This document shows positions 28,393 to 37,269 of a DNA stretch of 39,663 bases, piece after piece. How positions within the stretch are numbered: the first letter of the stretch is position 1; every line of letters starts with the position of its first letter. A program made the position numbers and the translations under genes. Below the pieces are notes generated by a model. That model was not told the DNA's origin, ran no database searches, and was given only the letters and a program-made list of their open reading frames with translations. Source of the stretch: an uncultured virus (IMG/VR IMGVR_UViG_3300032323_004022) (taxonomy: Duplodnaviria > Heunggongvirae > Uroviricota > Caudoviricetes); IMG/VR virus record IMGVR_UViG_3300032323_004022. The stretch is one strand, 5' to 3'.

Positions 28393-29079
28393 ATGGGAAC
28401 AAAATATAATCCAAATATTGTCCGAGATGGATTAGTAACATATTTTGATGTTGCTAACACAAGAAGCTACATTGGTTCCGGTACAACTGTTAATGGTCTT
28501 GTAAGTGGAATTGGATTTACATTAGTCAACGGTGTAGGTTTTGGTACTACAGGGACAAGTTATTTTATTTTTGACGGAACCAACGACAATATACCATTTT
28601 ATGTTCCAAATGTTGGCTCAATTTTGTCTATTGAAATGTGGGCAAGAATTAAATCATTTAATACCATTAGTTCTTTTGGAATGCCTTTCGGATTTGCACC
28701 ATATAATGTGATTACATATATTGGTTTGGGATATAATACTGCCAATTCAGATCAATACGGTTTGAATACAACTCAAGTAACAAATTTGGGATTATTGAAT
28801 CAATGGAAGCATTATGTCTTTGAAATGAGAAGCGATGTTTCATATACAAATAATAAAATTTATATTAATGGGCAATCACAAACTTTATCTCAAGTAAACA
28901 GTACAGAACTCACACATAATAGACATTTTAATAGTGGTTCTGGTAGAATTAGTTCCTGGCTGTTTGGTGATGACTTCCATCAAGCTATGGATATTTCTCA
29001 ATTTAGAATCTACAATCGTGCCCTAACAGCCCAGGAAGTATTGCAAAATTATAATGCCACAAAGAAGAGGTATTTATAA
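28393..29079 (+). CDS. LamG/concanavalin A-like lectin domain protein, copy 1
   Basis: DGLVTYFDVANTRSY, FDGTND, W.H.V, IYING, IYNRALT..EV.QNYNA. Confidence 0.85.
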   Translation: MGTKYNPNIVRDGLVTYFDVANTRSYIGSGTTVNGLVSGIGFTLVNGVGFGTTGTSYFIFDGTNDNIPFYVPNVGSILSIEMWARIKSFNTISSFGMPFGFAPYNVITYIGLGYNTANSDQYGLNTTQVTNLGLLNQWKHYVFEMRSDVSYTNNKIYINGQSQTLSQVNSTELTHNRHFNSGSGRISSWLFGDDFHQAMDISQFRIYNRALTAQEVLQNYNATKKRYL

Positions 29080-29810
29080 TGGGTGTAATAGCTGGGGTCA
29101 ATGTAATAACTCAGGACTTAATGCTTGCTTTAGATGCAACAAACTCAAGAAGCTATCCTGGTACTGGTAATACTTGGTATGATGTTTCAGGTAATAATTA
29201 TAATTTTACTTTAAACAATTCTCCAAGTTTTGGTAATCACAAAAATACTCCTTGCTTTACTACAAACGCTGCTAGTAGTCAAAATTTTGTAAGAAATGGT
29301 TCTTTTTCACAAGATTTTGCTTCAAATGCTACAATATTTATTGTAATTTCAAGTGTAAATAATAATGGTTTTGGATTTGGCGGGGATGGTTGTTCAAGAC
29401 TCATGGCTTGTAATGCTGGCGAATTAATAAATGTAGATTATTTTACATATTTTTGTATTGCATCGTGTGTTCAATCAAGCTATGGACTTTGGTATAAAAA
29501 TTCACCTGGAGGTTTTTATCCTACCAGCACACTTCAAACAGAAAACGATGATTTTAAAATTATTACATTAAGGTGGACTGCTGGATCAACTGTTCAATAT
29601 TTTGTCAATGGAATTCAAGAAGCTACAGATTCAATAACTACAGCATTTGATTATGCAAGTATAGCAAGAATGACATTATGTTCTAATGCAGATGGATTGA
29701 CAGAATATGCCACATTAAGAATTGCTGGTGTCTATATGTATGCAAGAAATATGTCTGATAAAGAAATAAAGCAAAATTATAACGCTATAAAGAGGAGATA
29801 TTCACTGTAA
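29079..29810 (+). CDS. LamG/concanavalin A-like lectin domain protein, copy 2 (divergent, Cys-containing)
   Basis: LDATNSRSYPGTGNTWYDVSG, YFVNG, MYARNMSDKEIKQNYNA. Confidence 0.8.
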   Translation: MGVIAGVNVITQDLMLALDATNSRSYPGTGNTWYDVSGNNYNFTLNNSPSFGNHKNTPCFTTNAASSQNFVRNGSFSQDFASNATIFIVISSVNNNGFGFGGDGCSRLMACNAGELINVDYFTYFCIASCVQSSYGLWYKNSPGGFYPTSTLQTENDDFKIITLRWTAGSTVQYFVNGIQEATDSITTAFDYASIARMTLCSNADGLTEYATLRIAGVYMYARNMSDKEIKQNYNAIKRRYSL

Positions 29811-30466
29811 TGGGACTCTCGCATTCTCCTTCTTTGGTAATGGATGGATTAGTATTTTCTATAGATGCTGGCAATTCAAGATGTTATTCTGGTTCTGGAA
29901 ATACTGTAAATGGATTGATAAGTGGAATTGGCGGAACTCTCATTAATGGAGTTGGATTTGGAACAGCCAATAATGGGCATTTTGTTTTTGATGGCACTAA
30001 TGATCAAATACAAATTAGTCAAGTTGGTAATGCCTTGCTTTCAGGAAGCCAAGATTTTACTATAAGTGCTTGGGTTCAAAGCTCTGGAGGTACTGGTACA
30101 ATTTTTGCAAATTATCTTGCTGGTAATCTGCAAGTTTTATATTCTCCAAATTATATTGGCTTGTGGCTCAATGGCGCTGTTGCATACGCCAATACAGCAA
30201 CTTATTATAGTGCTAACATTGTAAATTTAGTTGCTCAAAGGTCATCTGGTACAAATATAACAATTTATTTGAATGGTCAAGTTATCAAAACAGGCACGTC
30301 AAATTCAACCATTGGAACTACTCAAGACTTTAGAATTGGTGCAAACACTGCAAATGGTGAATTATTTCAAGGCAAGCTCTACAATCTTCACGTATACAAC
30401 CGAGCTTTATCTGCCCAAGAAATTAAACAAAATTACAACGCCACTAAAAAGAGATATGGATTATAA
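29810..30466 (+). CDS. LamG/concanavalin A-like lectin domain protein, copy 3
   Basis: FDGTND, FTISAWV, IYLNG, F.G...VYNRALS. Confidence 0.85.
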   Translation: MGLSHSPSLVMDGLVFSIDAGNSRCYSGSGNTVNGLISGIGGTLINGVGFGTANNGHFVFDGTNDQIQISQVGNALLSGSQDFTISAWVQSSGGTGTIFANYLAGNLQVLYSPNYIGLWLNGAVAYANTATYYSANIVNLVAQRSSGTNITIYLNGQVIKTGTSNSTIGTTQDFRIGANTANGELFQGKLYNLHVYNRALSAQEIKQNYNATKKRYGL

Positions 30467-31146
30467 TGGCAATCTCATATAACACATCTATAGTATTGGA
30501 TGGCCTTGTATTTGCTCTTGATCCTGCTAATTCAAGAAGCTATAGTGGAAGTGGTGTCACTGCTTATAGTCTTACAAGTAGCTTTTTGGCTACTTTGACA
30601 AATGGTGTTGGATTTGGAACAACTGGCACAAATTATTTTATTTTTGATGGAGTTGATGACAATATCCCATTTACTATTTCAAATTTTAATAATATTTTAA
30701 CTATTGAAATCTGGGCAAAGTCTAGATCATTTTCAAGTTTTGGAATGATTTTTGGTTTTTCTGATTATGATGTTCTAATATACCTTGGGGCATTAGGATT
30801 TAATACTGGTAATGGCGATCATTACGGTTTGACATCAACTCAAGTTACAAACCTTGGACTTCTTGATCAATGGAAGCATTATGTTTTTGAAATGAGAAGT
30901 GATATATCTTACACTAATAATAAAATTTACATTGACGGTGAAATACAATCTTTATCACAAATTTTAGGTAGTGAAAATGCATCAAAAAGAAATTTTAATA
31001 ATGGTAATGGAAAAATAAATGGTTGGCTTTCCGCAAATAATTATTTTACTCCAATTGACATAAGTCAGTTCAAAATCTACAACAGAGCTCTCACACAACA
31101 AGAAATAAAGCAAAATTATAATGCCACAAAGAAGAGGTATATATAA
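30466..31146 (+). CDS. LamG/concanavalin A-like lectin domain protein, copy 4
   Basis: Same core subfamily as copies 1 and 8 (QWKHYVFEMRSD); IYNRALT. Confidence 0.85.
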   Translation: MAISYNTSIVLDGLVFALDPANSRSYSGSGVTAYSLTSSFLATLTNGVGFGTTGTNYFIFDGVDDNIPFTISNFNNILTIEIWAKSRSFSSFGMIFGFSDYDVLIYLGALGFNTGNGDHYGLTSTQVTNLGLLDQWKHYVFEMRSDISYTNNKIYIDGEIQSLSQILGSENASKRNFNNGNGKINGWLSANNYFTPIDISQFKIYNRALTQQEIKQNYNATKKRYI

Positions 31147-31838
31147 TGGGACTTAAACATCATCCAAGAGTAGTGACAAATGGATTAGTTATGTATCTAG
31201 ATGCAGCTAATACAAGAAGTTATAGTGGAAGTGGAAATACAGTATATAATATTGCTATATCAAGTGCAATTGGTGGCACAATAAGTGCGGGAATATCATA
31301 TACTTCCGTAAACCCACAAACATTTACAGCCACATCTGATAGTAATTATATTTACTCTGATTACACATTAGCAAGTGGTACATCTTTTACTGTATTTATG
31401 TGGTTTAAAAGACAAACATCATCATTTTGGTCAGCTTTATTTGGCAATGAGGTATGGAATAGCGGAACAGGATACGTTGCAAGATTAGAATCATCAACAA
31501 CAATAAGATTTTCCAGAGGAGGAGATGGAATTGGAATTGTTTACTCCAATGCAGCTCTTATTTCAGGAAATTTTAACCATTATGCTTTTGTGAAAAATCC
31601 TTCTGGCTCTGACTCTTTTATTTATATAAATGGTGTGCAAGTAGCAAATGGTTCTATTGCAGATGTTTCTATAACTAAACCATTTGTTTTTAACAGTAGA
31701 TGGGAAAATACTGGTTCATCTCCTTCTACTGGTGATTCAAAACAAAATCAATTTTCAAATATTGCAGTATACAATAGAGCATTATCAGCTCGAGAAGTAT
31801 TGCAAAATTACAATGCCACAAAAAAGAGGTATCTGTAA
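31146..31838 (+). CDS. LamG/concanavalin A-like lectin domain protein, copy 5
   Basis: YLDAANTRSY, FTVFMWFK, IYING, VYNRALS. Confidence 0.85.
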   Translation: MGLKHHPRVVTNGLVMYLDAANTRSYSGSGNTVYNIAISSAIGGTISAGISYTSVNPQTFTATSDSNYIYSDYTLASGTSFTVFMWFKRQTSSFWSALFGNEVWNSGTGYVARLESSTTIRFSRGGDGIGIVYSNAALISGNFNHYAFVKNPSGSDSFIYINGVQVANGSIADVSITKPFVFNSRWENTGSSPSTGDSKQNQFSNIAVYNRALSAREVLQNYNATKKRYL

Positions 31839-32494
31839 TGGGTGTAAAAGTTGGACCAAGAATAATACAAAATGGATTAATACTTGATGTTGATGCTGCT
31901 GTTTCAAGAAGTTATTCTGGCTCTGGTCTAACTGCTAATGGATTAATTGGTGGTATTGGTGGAACTCTTGTAAATGGTACAGGTTTTGGCACTACTAATA
32001 ATGGATTTTTTATTTTTGATGGCACCAATGATTATATAAATTTTGGCAATAACTCAATATTGTATCAAAATTCAGGTACGTTGTCGGCTTGGACTAAAAC
32101 AAGCGCACCAGGTGGAGGCTTTAGAGGCATTATTGCAAGACAAGGTGCTTATGGTTTTTTTTATAGTGATAGTGTATTAGTTGCCTATGATTGGGGCGGA
32201 AATCAAACAAGATCCACTGGTATTAATATTGCAGACAACACTTGGAAAAATGTAGTTATGACATATCAATCAGGAGTAAATGACGGAACAATTATTTACT
32301 TGAATGGTGTTTCAGTTTTAACTACTACTATAACTATTTCCAATTTTCCAACTGATTATTTGTTTGGTGGTGCAGAAGCTAATGCATCTCAATATGCTGC
32401 CTGTCAAATTTCTTCATTCAATATGTACAATCGAGTATTAACAGCCCAAGAAGTGTTACAAAATTATAATACCACAAAAGGTAGGTATAGATAA
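31838..32494 (+). CDS. LamG/concanavalin A-like lectin domain protein, copy 6
   Basis: FDGTNDY, TLSAW.K, W.NVVMTY, IYLNG, MYNRVLT. Confidence 0.85.
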   Translation: MGVKVGPRIIQNGLILDVDAAVSRSYSGSGLTANGLIGGIGGTLVNGTGFGTTNNGFFIFDGTNDYINFGNNSILYQNSGTLSAWTKTSAPGGGFRGIIARQGAYGFFYSDSVLVAYDWGGNQTRSTGINIADNTWKNVVMTYQSGVNDGTIIYLNGVSVLTTTITISNFPTDYLFGGAEANASQYAACQISSFNMYNRVLTAQEVLQNYNTTKGRYR

Positions 32495-33153
32495 TGGGCA
32501 TTGATATTGGCCCTATTGAAACTACTGATGGATTAGTACTTCATTTAGACGCTGCAAACACAAGATCTTACCCTGGTTCTGGAAATACAGTTTATGACTT
32601 AAGTGGTTCTGGAAATACATCAGCCTTAACAAATGGACCAACATATTTATCATCTAATTTAGGCGCATTTGTTTTAGATGGTTCAAATGATTATATTTTA
32701 GTAAATTCACAAGCAAATATTCTTTCAAAAACTGCTTACACAAAAATTGCTTATATTTATATTAGCAATTTTGCTACTGTAAACAACATTATAAGTGGTG
32801 GTTTTTCAGGACAACACGCATTTTGGATGTTTGGTACTGTCAGATTAAATGCTGGTCATAATGGATCTTGGGCAACAGTAGTAGGAGCAACAACTCTATC
32901 TCTAAATACTTGGTATTTTGCAGCAGTCACATACAGTAATTCAACTGGCTGGAAACTTTATTTGAACGGAAGAGAAGATGGAACCAGTGCTGATACCACT
33001 ACTTTTACAGGTAATCAAGAAATTTCTATAGGTTCATATAGTACTGCAAATAATTTTACTGGAAGAATTGCATCTGTTCAAGTTTACAACAGAGCCTTAA
33101 CAGCCACAGAAATATTTCAAAACTATCATGCTACAAAAGGGAGATATAGATAG
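32494..33153 (+). CDS. LamG/concanavalin A-like lectin domain protein, copy 7
   Basis: LNTWYFAAVTY, KLYLNG, FTGRI..VQVYNRALT. Confidence 0.87.
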   Translation: MGIDIGPIETTDGLVLHLDAANTRSYPGSGNTVYDLSGSGNTSALTNGPTYLSSNLGAFVLDGSNDYILVNSQANILSKTAYTKIAYIYISNFATVNNIISGGFSGQHAFWMFGTVRLNAGHNGSWATVVGATTLSLNTWYFAAVTYSNSTGWKLYLNGREDGTSADTTTFTGNQEISIGSYSTANNFTGRIASVQVYNRALTATEIFQNYHATKGRYR

Positions 33154-33833
33154 TGGGACTTGATCATTCTCCTTTAATTGTCACTGATGGATTATCTTTA
33201 TATGCCGATGCTGTTAACACAAGAAGTTATGCTGGTTCTGGTACTTCTGTAAATGGTCTTGTAAGTGGTATAGGTCTTACTTTAGTAAATGGTGTTGGCT
33301 TTGGAACTACAAGTACAAAATATTTTATTCTTGATGGCACTAATGACAATATTACATTTTATGTTCCAAATCCCGGAACTACATTAACTATTGAATTATG
33401 GGCAAAAATTAAGCTATTCAATGGTGGAATGATTTTTGGTTTTAGTTTATATGATGTCTGGACCGCTAATGGAGCAATGGGATTCAATACTGCTGTGGGA
33501 GACCAATATGGTCTCACATCAATACAAGTGACTAATTTAGGTCTTCTCAATCAATGGAAACATTATGTTTTTGAAATGAGAAGTGATGTGCCTTATACCA
33601 ATAATAAAATTTATATAAATAGTCAAAATCAATCATTTTTACAAGTATTAGGTTCAGAAGATTCAAGCAACAGAAACTTTAACAATGGTTCAGGAAGAAT
33701 AAGTTCTTGGCTCACTGATGATAACTACAATTTACCAATGGATTTAGGACAATTTAAAATTTACAATCGTGCTTTATCTGCATCAGAAATAGTACAAAAT
33801 TATAATGCTACAAAAAGGAGATATGGACTTTAA
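33153..33833 (+). CDS. LamG/concanavalin A-like lectin domain protein, copy 8 (GTG start)
   Basis: TAGTG overlap; same core subfamily as copies 1 and 4. Confidence 0.85.
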   Translation: MGLDHSPLIVTDGLSLYADAVNTRSYAGSGTSVNGLVSGIGLTLVNGVGFGTTSTKYFILDGTNDNITFYVPNPGTTLTIELWAKIKLFNGGMIFGFSLYDVWTANGAMGFNTAVGDQYGLTSIQVTNLGLLNQWKHYVFEMRSDVPYTNNKIYINSQNQSFLQVLGSEDSSNRNFNNGSGRISSWLTDDNYNLPMDLGQFKIYNRALSASEIVQNYNATKRRYGL

Positions 33834-34537
33834 TGGGCATTGATTATAATAATATAATTGTTTCTGATGGGTTAAGCGTTTATTTAGATGCAGCAAACGC
33901 AAGAAGTTATTCTGGATCAGGAATAACTGTGAATGGACTTGTAGGTGGTATTGGCGGTACTCTTGTAAACGGTATAGGTTTTAGTAGTCAAAACAATGGC
34001 TCTTTTTTCTACGATGGTTCAGATGATTATTTCAGATTCCCTTTAAACTTTTTTGTTCACGATTCTGGATCTCCTTTCACAGTATCTGTTTGGTTTAAGA
34101 CAGGAACAAGTGGAATGATATTTGGCCAAGAAAGTGGAGAAACACCAGGAACAGGCGGTGGTTGGGTGCCTGCAATTTATGTAGATACAAATGGAAAAAT
34201 TAGAACATCTTGCTTTTGGGGTGGCTCAACAACAAATCAATCAATTTCATCTGCTTCAGTTAATGACAATCTATGGCACCAAATCCTTGTCACATTTGAA
34301 AGCACTAGTCATAAAAGCTATCTAGACGGCATTTTATTTGACATTATAACTAAAACTCAATATTCTTATTCTGCCACATATTACTATTATTTGGGAAGCG
34401 GAAGAAATGCATCTTGGCCAAATGCTGGAAATATGACATTGAGTGGCAATATTTCTAATTTTATGTTTTATAATCGTGCTTTATCAGCTACAGAAATTCT
34501 TCAAAATTATAATGCTACAAAAGGAAGATACAGATAA
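33833..34537 (+). CDS. LamG/concanavalin A-like lectin domain protein, copy 9
   Basis: FTVSVWFKT, VNDNLWHQILVTF, YLDG, FYNRALS. Confidence 0.87.
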   Translation: MGIDYNNIIVSDGLSVYLDAANARSYSGSGITVNGLVGGIGGTLVNGIGFSSQNNGSFFYDGSDDYFRFPLNFFVHDSGSPFTVSVWFKTGTSGMIFGQESGETPGTGGGWVPAIYVDTNGKIRTSCFWGGSTTNQSISSASVNDNLWHQILVTFESTSHKSYLDGILFDIITKTQYSYSATYYYYLGSGRNASWPNAGNMTLSGNISNFMFYNRALSATEILQNYNATKGRYR

Positions 34538-35859
34538 TGGGAATTTCTGCTGGACCAAACTCTATATCTGACAACTTGGCTTTTCATATTGACCCAGCTA
34601 ATCCAAGGTCATACGCTGGTGTTGGCACTGTTATTTATGATCTTTCAGGTAATGGTAAAACAAGCTATTTCACCAATGGAGCATTTTATCAGAATTATCA
34701 AAAAGGTGTAGTTGTAGTAGATGGAAACAATGACTATATTTCTACTCCCTTGTTTAATCTTACATCGCCAATCACAGTTTCTGCTTGGGTAAAAAATGTT
34801 GTTGATGATTCTCCTGTCTTGAGTGCTTCTGGTGCGGGGGTAACGAAAGGAAACGATGAAGTAATTCATTATTTTAGTGGGAAAAGCATTCTAATATGTG
34901 GATATCCTGCTCCTGGTAAATATTTTCAATTTCCACAATTAAATTTTAATCAATGGTCGCATTTAGTGATGACCAGAGATGCCAGTAACAATATGTCAGT
35001 GTACTTGAATGGTGTAGGTTCTACATCTAATACACAATCATTTTCCAATACTCTTCAAATGAATCAGATAGGGAGATATTCAGCATTTACTAATATTTAT
35101 AATATCAAAGGTTCAATTGGTGAAGTAAAAATATATAATCGTGTTTTATCAGCATCAGAAGTATTGCAAAATTATAATGCTTCCAGAAAAAAATATTTAC
35201 CAGAACAAAATATAATTAAAAATGGTTTAGTTTTAAATATTGATGCTGCAAATTATCTTTCTTACGTTGGTACTTTAAGTACAGCATATGATTTAAGTGG
35301 TTTTGGAAATACTGCCACTCTTGTTAATGGCACTGGATTTACTGGTACAAATGGTGGAGCATTTCTTTTTGATTCTACTGATGATTATATTAGTATGGGT
35401 ACTGCTTCTTCTGTAAAACCAACACAATTAACTTTAGCTTGTTTCTTTAAAATAAATGCAATAAATGCCCCAAATGTTATTGTAGGAAAACAAGGTACTG
35501 GGGTCGGAGCTGCTTCATATGCCTTGGTTGTTCAAAATGGAAAATTAAATTTCCGCATAGAAAGTGGCGGAATTCAGGATGCTTCATATACTTTCTCCAA
35601 TACATCAACTTACAATTATGCTGTAGGTACATATGATGGTACAACTATGAAACTATATTTAAATGGTTCTTTAGTTGGAACAGCCACCACTTCTGTATCA
35701 ATTATATATTCTGATTCATATCCTTTGTTGATGGGTTATTACGCCAATGCATTTGCTACTAATATGAGTATTGGCTCTTTAAAACTTTACAATCGAGCAT
35801 TATCAGACACAGAAATTCAACAAAACTTTAATGCTATGCGTGAACGGTATAACTTATAA
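34537..35859 (+). CDS. double LamG/concanavalin A-like lectin domain protein, copy 10 (two fused units)
   Basis: 440 aa with two complete units joined at QNYNASRKKYL-PEQN-IIKNGLVLNIDAAN. Confidence 0.87.
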   Translation: MGISAGPNSISDNLAFHIDPANPRSYAGVGTVIYDLSGNGKTSYFTNGAFYQNYQKGVVVVDGNNDYISTPLFNLTSPITVSAWVKNVVDDSPVLSASGAGVTKGNDEVIHYFSGKSILICGYPAPGKYFQFPQLNFNQWSHLVMTRDASNNMSVYLNGVGSTSNTQSFSNTLQMNQIGRYSAFTNIYNIKGSIGEVKIYNRVLSASEVLQNYNASRKKYLPEQNIIKNGLVLNIDAANYLSYVGTLSTAYDLSGFGNTATLVNGTGFTGTNGGAFLFDSTDDYISMGTASSVKPTQLTLACFFKINAINAPNVIVGKQGTGVGAASYALVVQNGKLNFRIESGGIQDASYTFSNTSTYNYAVGTYDGTTMKLYLNGSLVGTATTSVSIIYSDSYPLLMGYYANAFATNMSIGSLKLYNRALSDTEIQQNFNAMRERYNL

Positions 35860-35860
35860 T

Positions 35861-36544
35861 ATGGGACTTGCACATTCTCCAAGCATTATATCTGATGGAT
35901 TAATATTTTATCTTGATGCTGCTAATTCAAGAAGTTATTCTGGTAGTGGTACATCTTCAAGCAGCTTATTAAGTGGAGTAGGTGCAACATTAATAAACGG
36001 AGTTGGATTTACATCTTCTAATAATGGAAGTTTTGTCTTTGATGGTTCTGATGATGGCATATATTTCTCTACATATAATTTTTCAACTGGTAATTTTACT
36101 ATGGAAGTTTGGATGAAATTAAATGCATACCCACCTTCTGCTAATTCAGCTATTATAGTAAATAGAAATTTAAGTGATGATGGATGGCTTTTTGATATAA
36201 ATAGTAACCAAAAAGCCAGATTATATTTTCAAAATAATAATGGTACTGCTTATACTATTGAAACTTTGGATGTTATAAATTTGAATCAATGGATAAATCT
36301 CACTGCCATCAGATCAAATACTTCTTTATCATTTTATAGAAATAGTATATTTCAATCAAGCACATCCTTTCCATCAAACTACAATATCAATTCACCAATA
36401 TCAAATGATTATATAGGTAGATATCAAAGTTCAAATGGTTTTTTAAGTGCAAATATATCTAAAATACAATACTACAACAGAGCCTTATCCGCCACAGAAA
36501 TTCTCCAAAATTATAACGCTTCAAGAAAGAGATTTGGATTGTAA
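35861..36544 (+). CDS. LamG/concanavalin A-like lectin domain protein, copy 11
   Basis: Start re-assigned to ATG 35861 (MGLAHSPS, matching copies 3 and 8) instead of the track start 35831; FTMEVWMK, YYNRALS. Confidence 0.85.
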   Translation: MGLAHSPSIISDGLIFYLDAANSRSYSGSGTSSSSLLSGVGATLINGVGFTSSNNGSFVFDGSDDGIYFSTYNFSTGNFTMEVWMKLNAYPPSANSAIIVNRNLSDDGWLFDINSNQKARLYFQNNNGTAYTIETLDVINLNQWINLTAIRSNTSLSFYRNSIFQSSTSFPSNYNINSPISNDYIGRYQSSNGFLSANISKIQYYNRALSATEILQNYNASRKRFGL

Positions 36545-37209
36545 TGGCAGTAGGATATAACCCAAGCATTGTATCAGATGGATTAGTGATGTATTTAGAT
36601 GCAGCTAATTCAAGAAGCTATTCTGGTACAGGAAATACTTGGTATGACATTAGTAGACTTGGTTACGCACTAGTGACTAGAAATTCTCCAACTTTTGTCA
36701 GTTCAAGTGCAGGAAGTTATTTTATATTAAATGGATCTAATCAAGATTTTTATTTAGCTTCGTTTGGACCAGCATTTACAGAAATTACTTTCAATATGTG
36801 GGTGTGGAGAAATGGCACACAAAACGTCTACACGGGATTAGTTATGAGCAGAGGTAACGCTTCTGGCTTTACTTACCAATCAGGGGCTTTGGGCTATCAC
36901 TGGCTGAATAATGCTGGTACTTATACTTATTCTTCAGGAGTAGATACTGCAAATCAAACTTGGTCTTTGGCTACTTTGGTAATTACAGCTACAGAAGCTA
37001 AATGGTACTTGAATGGAGTACTGCGAAATACAAGAACAGCATCACATTCATCTAGTACTTTTAGTAATTTATATATTGGTTCTGATAGTGGCACAGCAAA
37101 TAGATATTATAATGGCCGTATTTCTATGGTTCAGCTTTACAACAGAGCCCTCACAGAACAAGAAATATTGCAAAATTTCAATGCTACAAGATTTAGATAT
37201 GGAATATAA
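36544..37209 (+). CDS. LamG/concanavalin A-like lectin domain protein, copy 12
   Basis: YLDAANSRSY, TWYD, WYLNG, LYIG, YNGRI...LYNRALT. Confidence 0.85.
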   Translation: MAVGYNPSIVSDGLVMYLDAANSRSYSGTGNTWYDISRLGYALVTRNSPTFVSSSAGSYFILNGSNQDFYLASFGPAFTEITFNMWVWRNGTQNVYTGLVMSRGNASGFTYQSGALGYHWLNNAGTYTYSSGVDTANQTWSLATLVITATEAKWYLNGVLRNTRTASHSSSTFSNLYIGSDSGTANRYYNGRISMVQLYNRALTEQEILQNFNATRFRYGI

Positions 37210-37238
37210 GAAATATTTTATAACAAAGATGCAGAATA
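37208..37238 (+). promoter_or_regulatory. conserved intergenic motif AAGAAATA-N15-GCAGAATA (second copy)
   Basis: Matches 11657-11687 in both boxes and spacing while the spacer differs. Confidence 0.45.
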
Positions 37239-37269
37239 ATAAAATAGTTCCCCCAAATTTGAGATATTA

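Larger units (their letters stand above)
28393..37209 (+). repeat. tandem array of 12 paralogous LamG/ConA-like lectin genes (13 domains)
   Basis: Every unit has DGLV..LDAAN..SY.G.G-like and YNRALs..EI.QNYNA.K.RY-like ends; 10 of 11 junctions are 1-nt stop/start overlaps and one is TAATATG. Confidence 0.92.

Noticed and set aside
28393..37209. Diversity-generating retroelement acting on the lectin genes
   Set aside because: No reverse transcriptase or non-coding template repeat in the window; differences among the closest copies (1, 4, 8) include many C/T third-position changes rather than adenine-specific ones. A distant DGR cannot be excluded.
28393..37209. Shufflon/invertase or integron-type cassette system
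   Set aside because: All units are co-oriented, complete and overlapping; no recombinase, inverted crossover sites or attC-like intergenic hairpins are visible.
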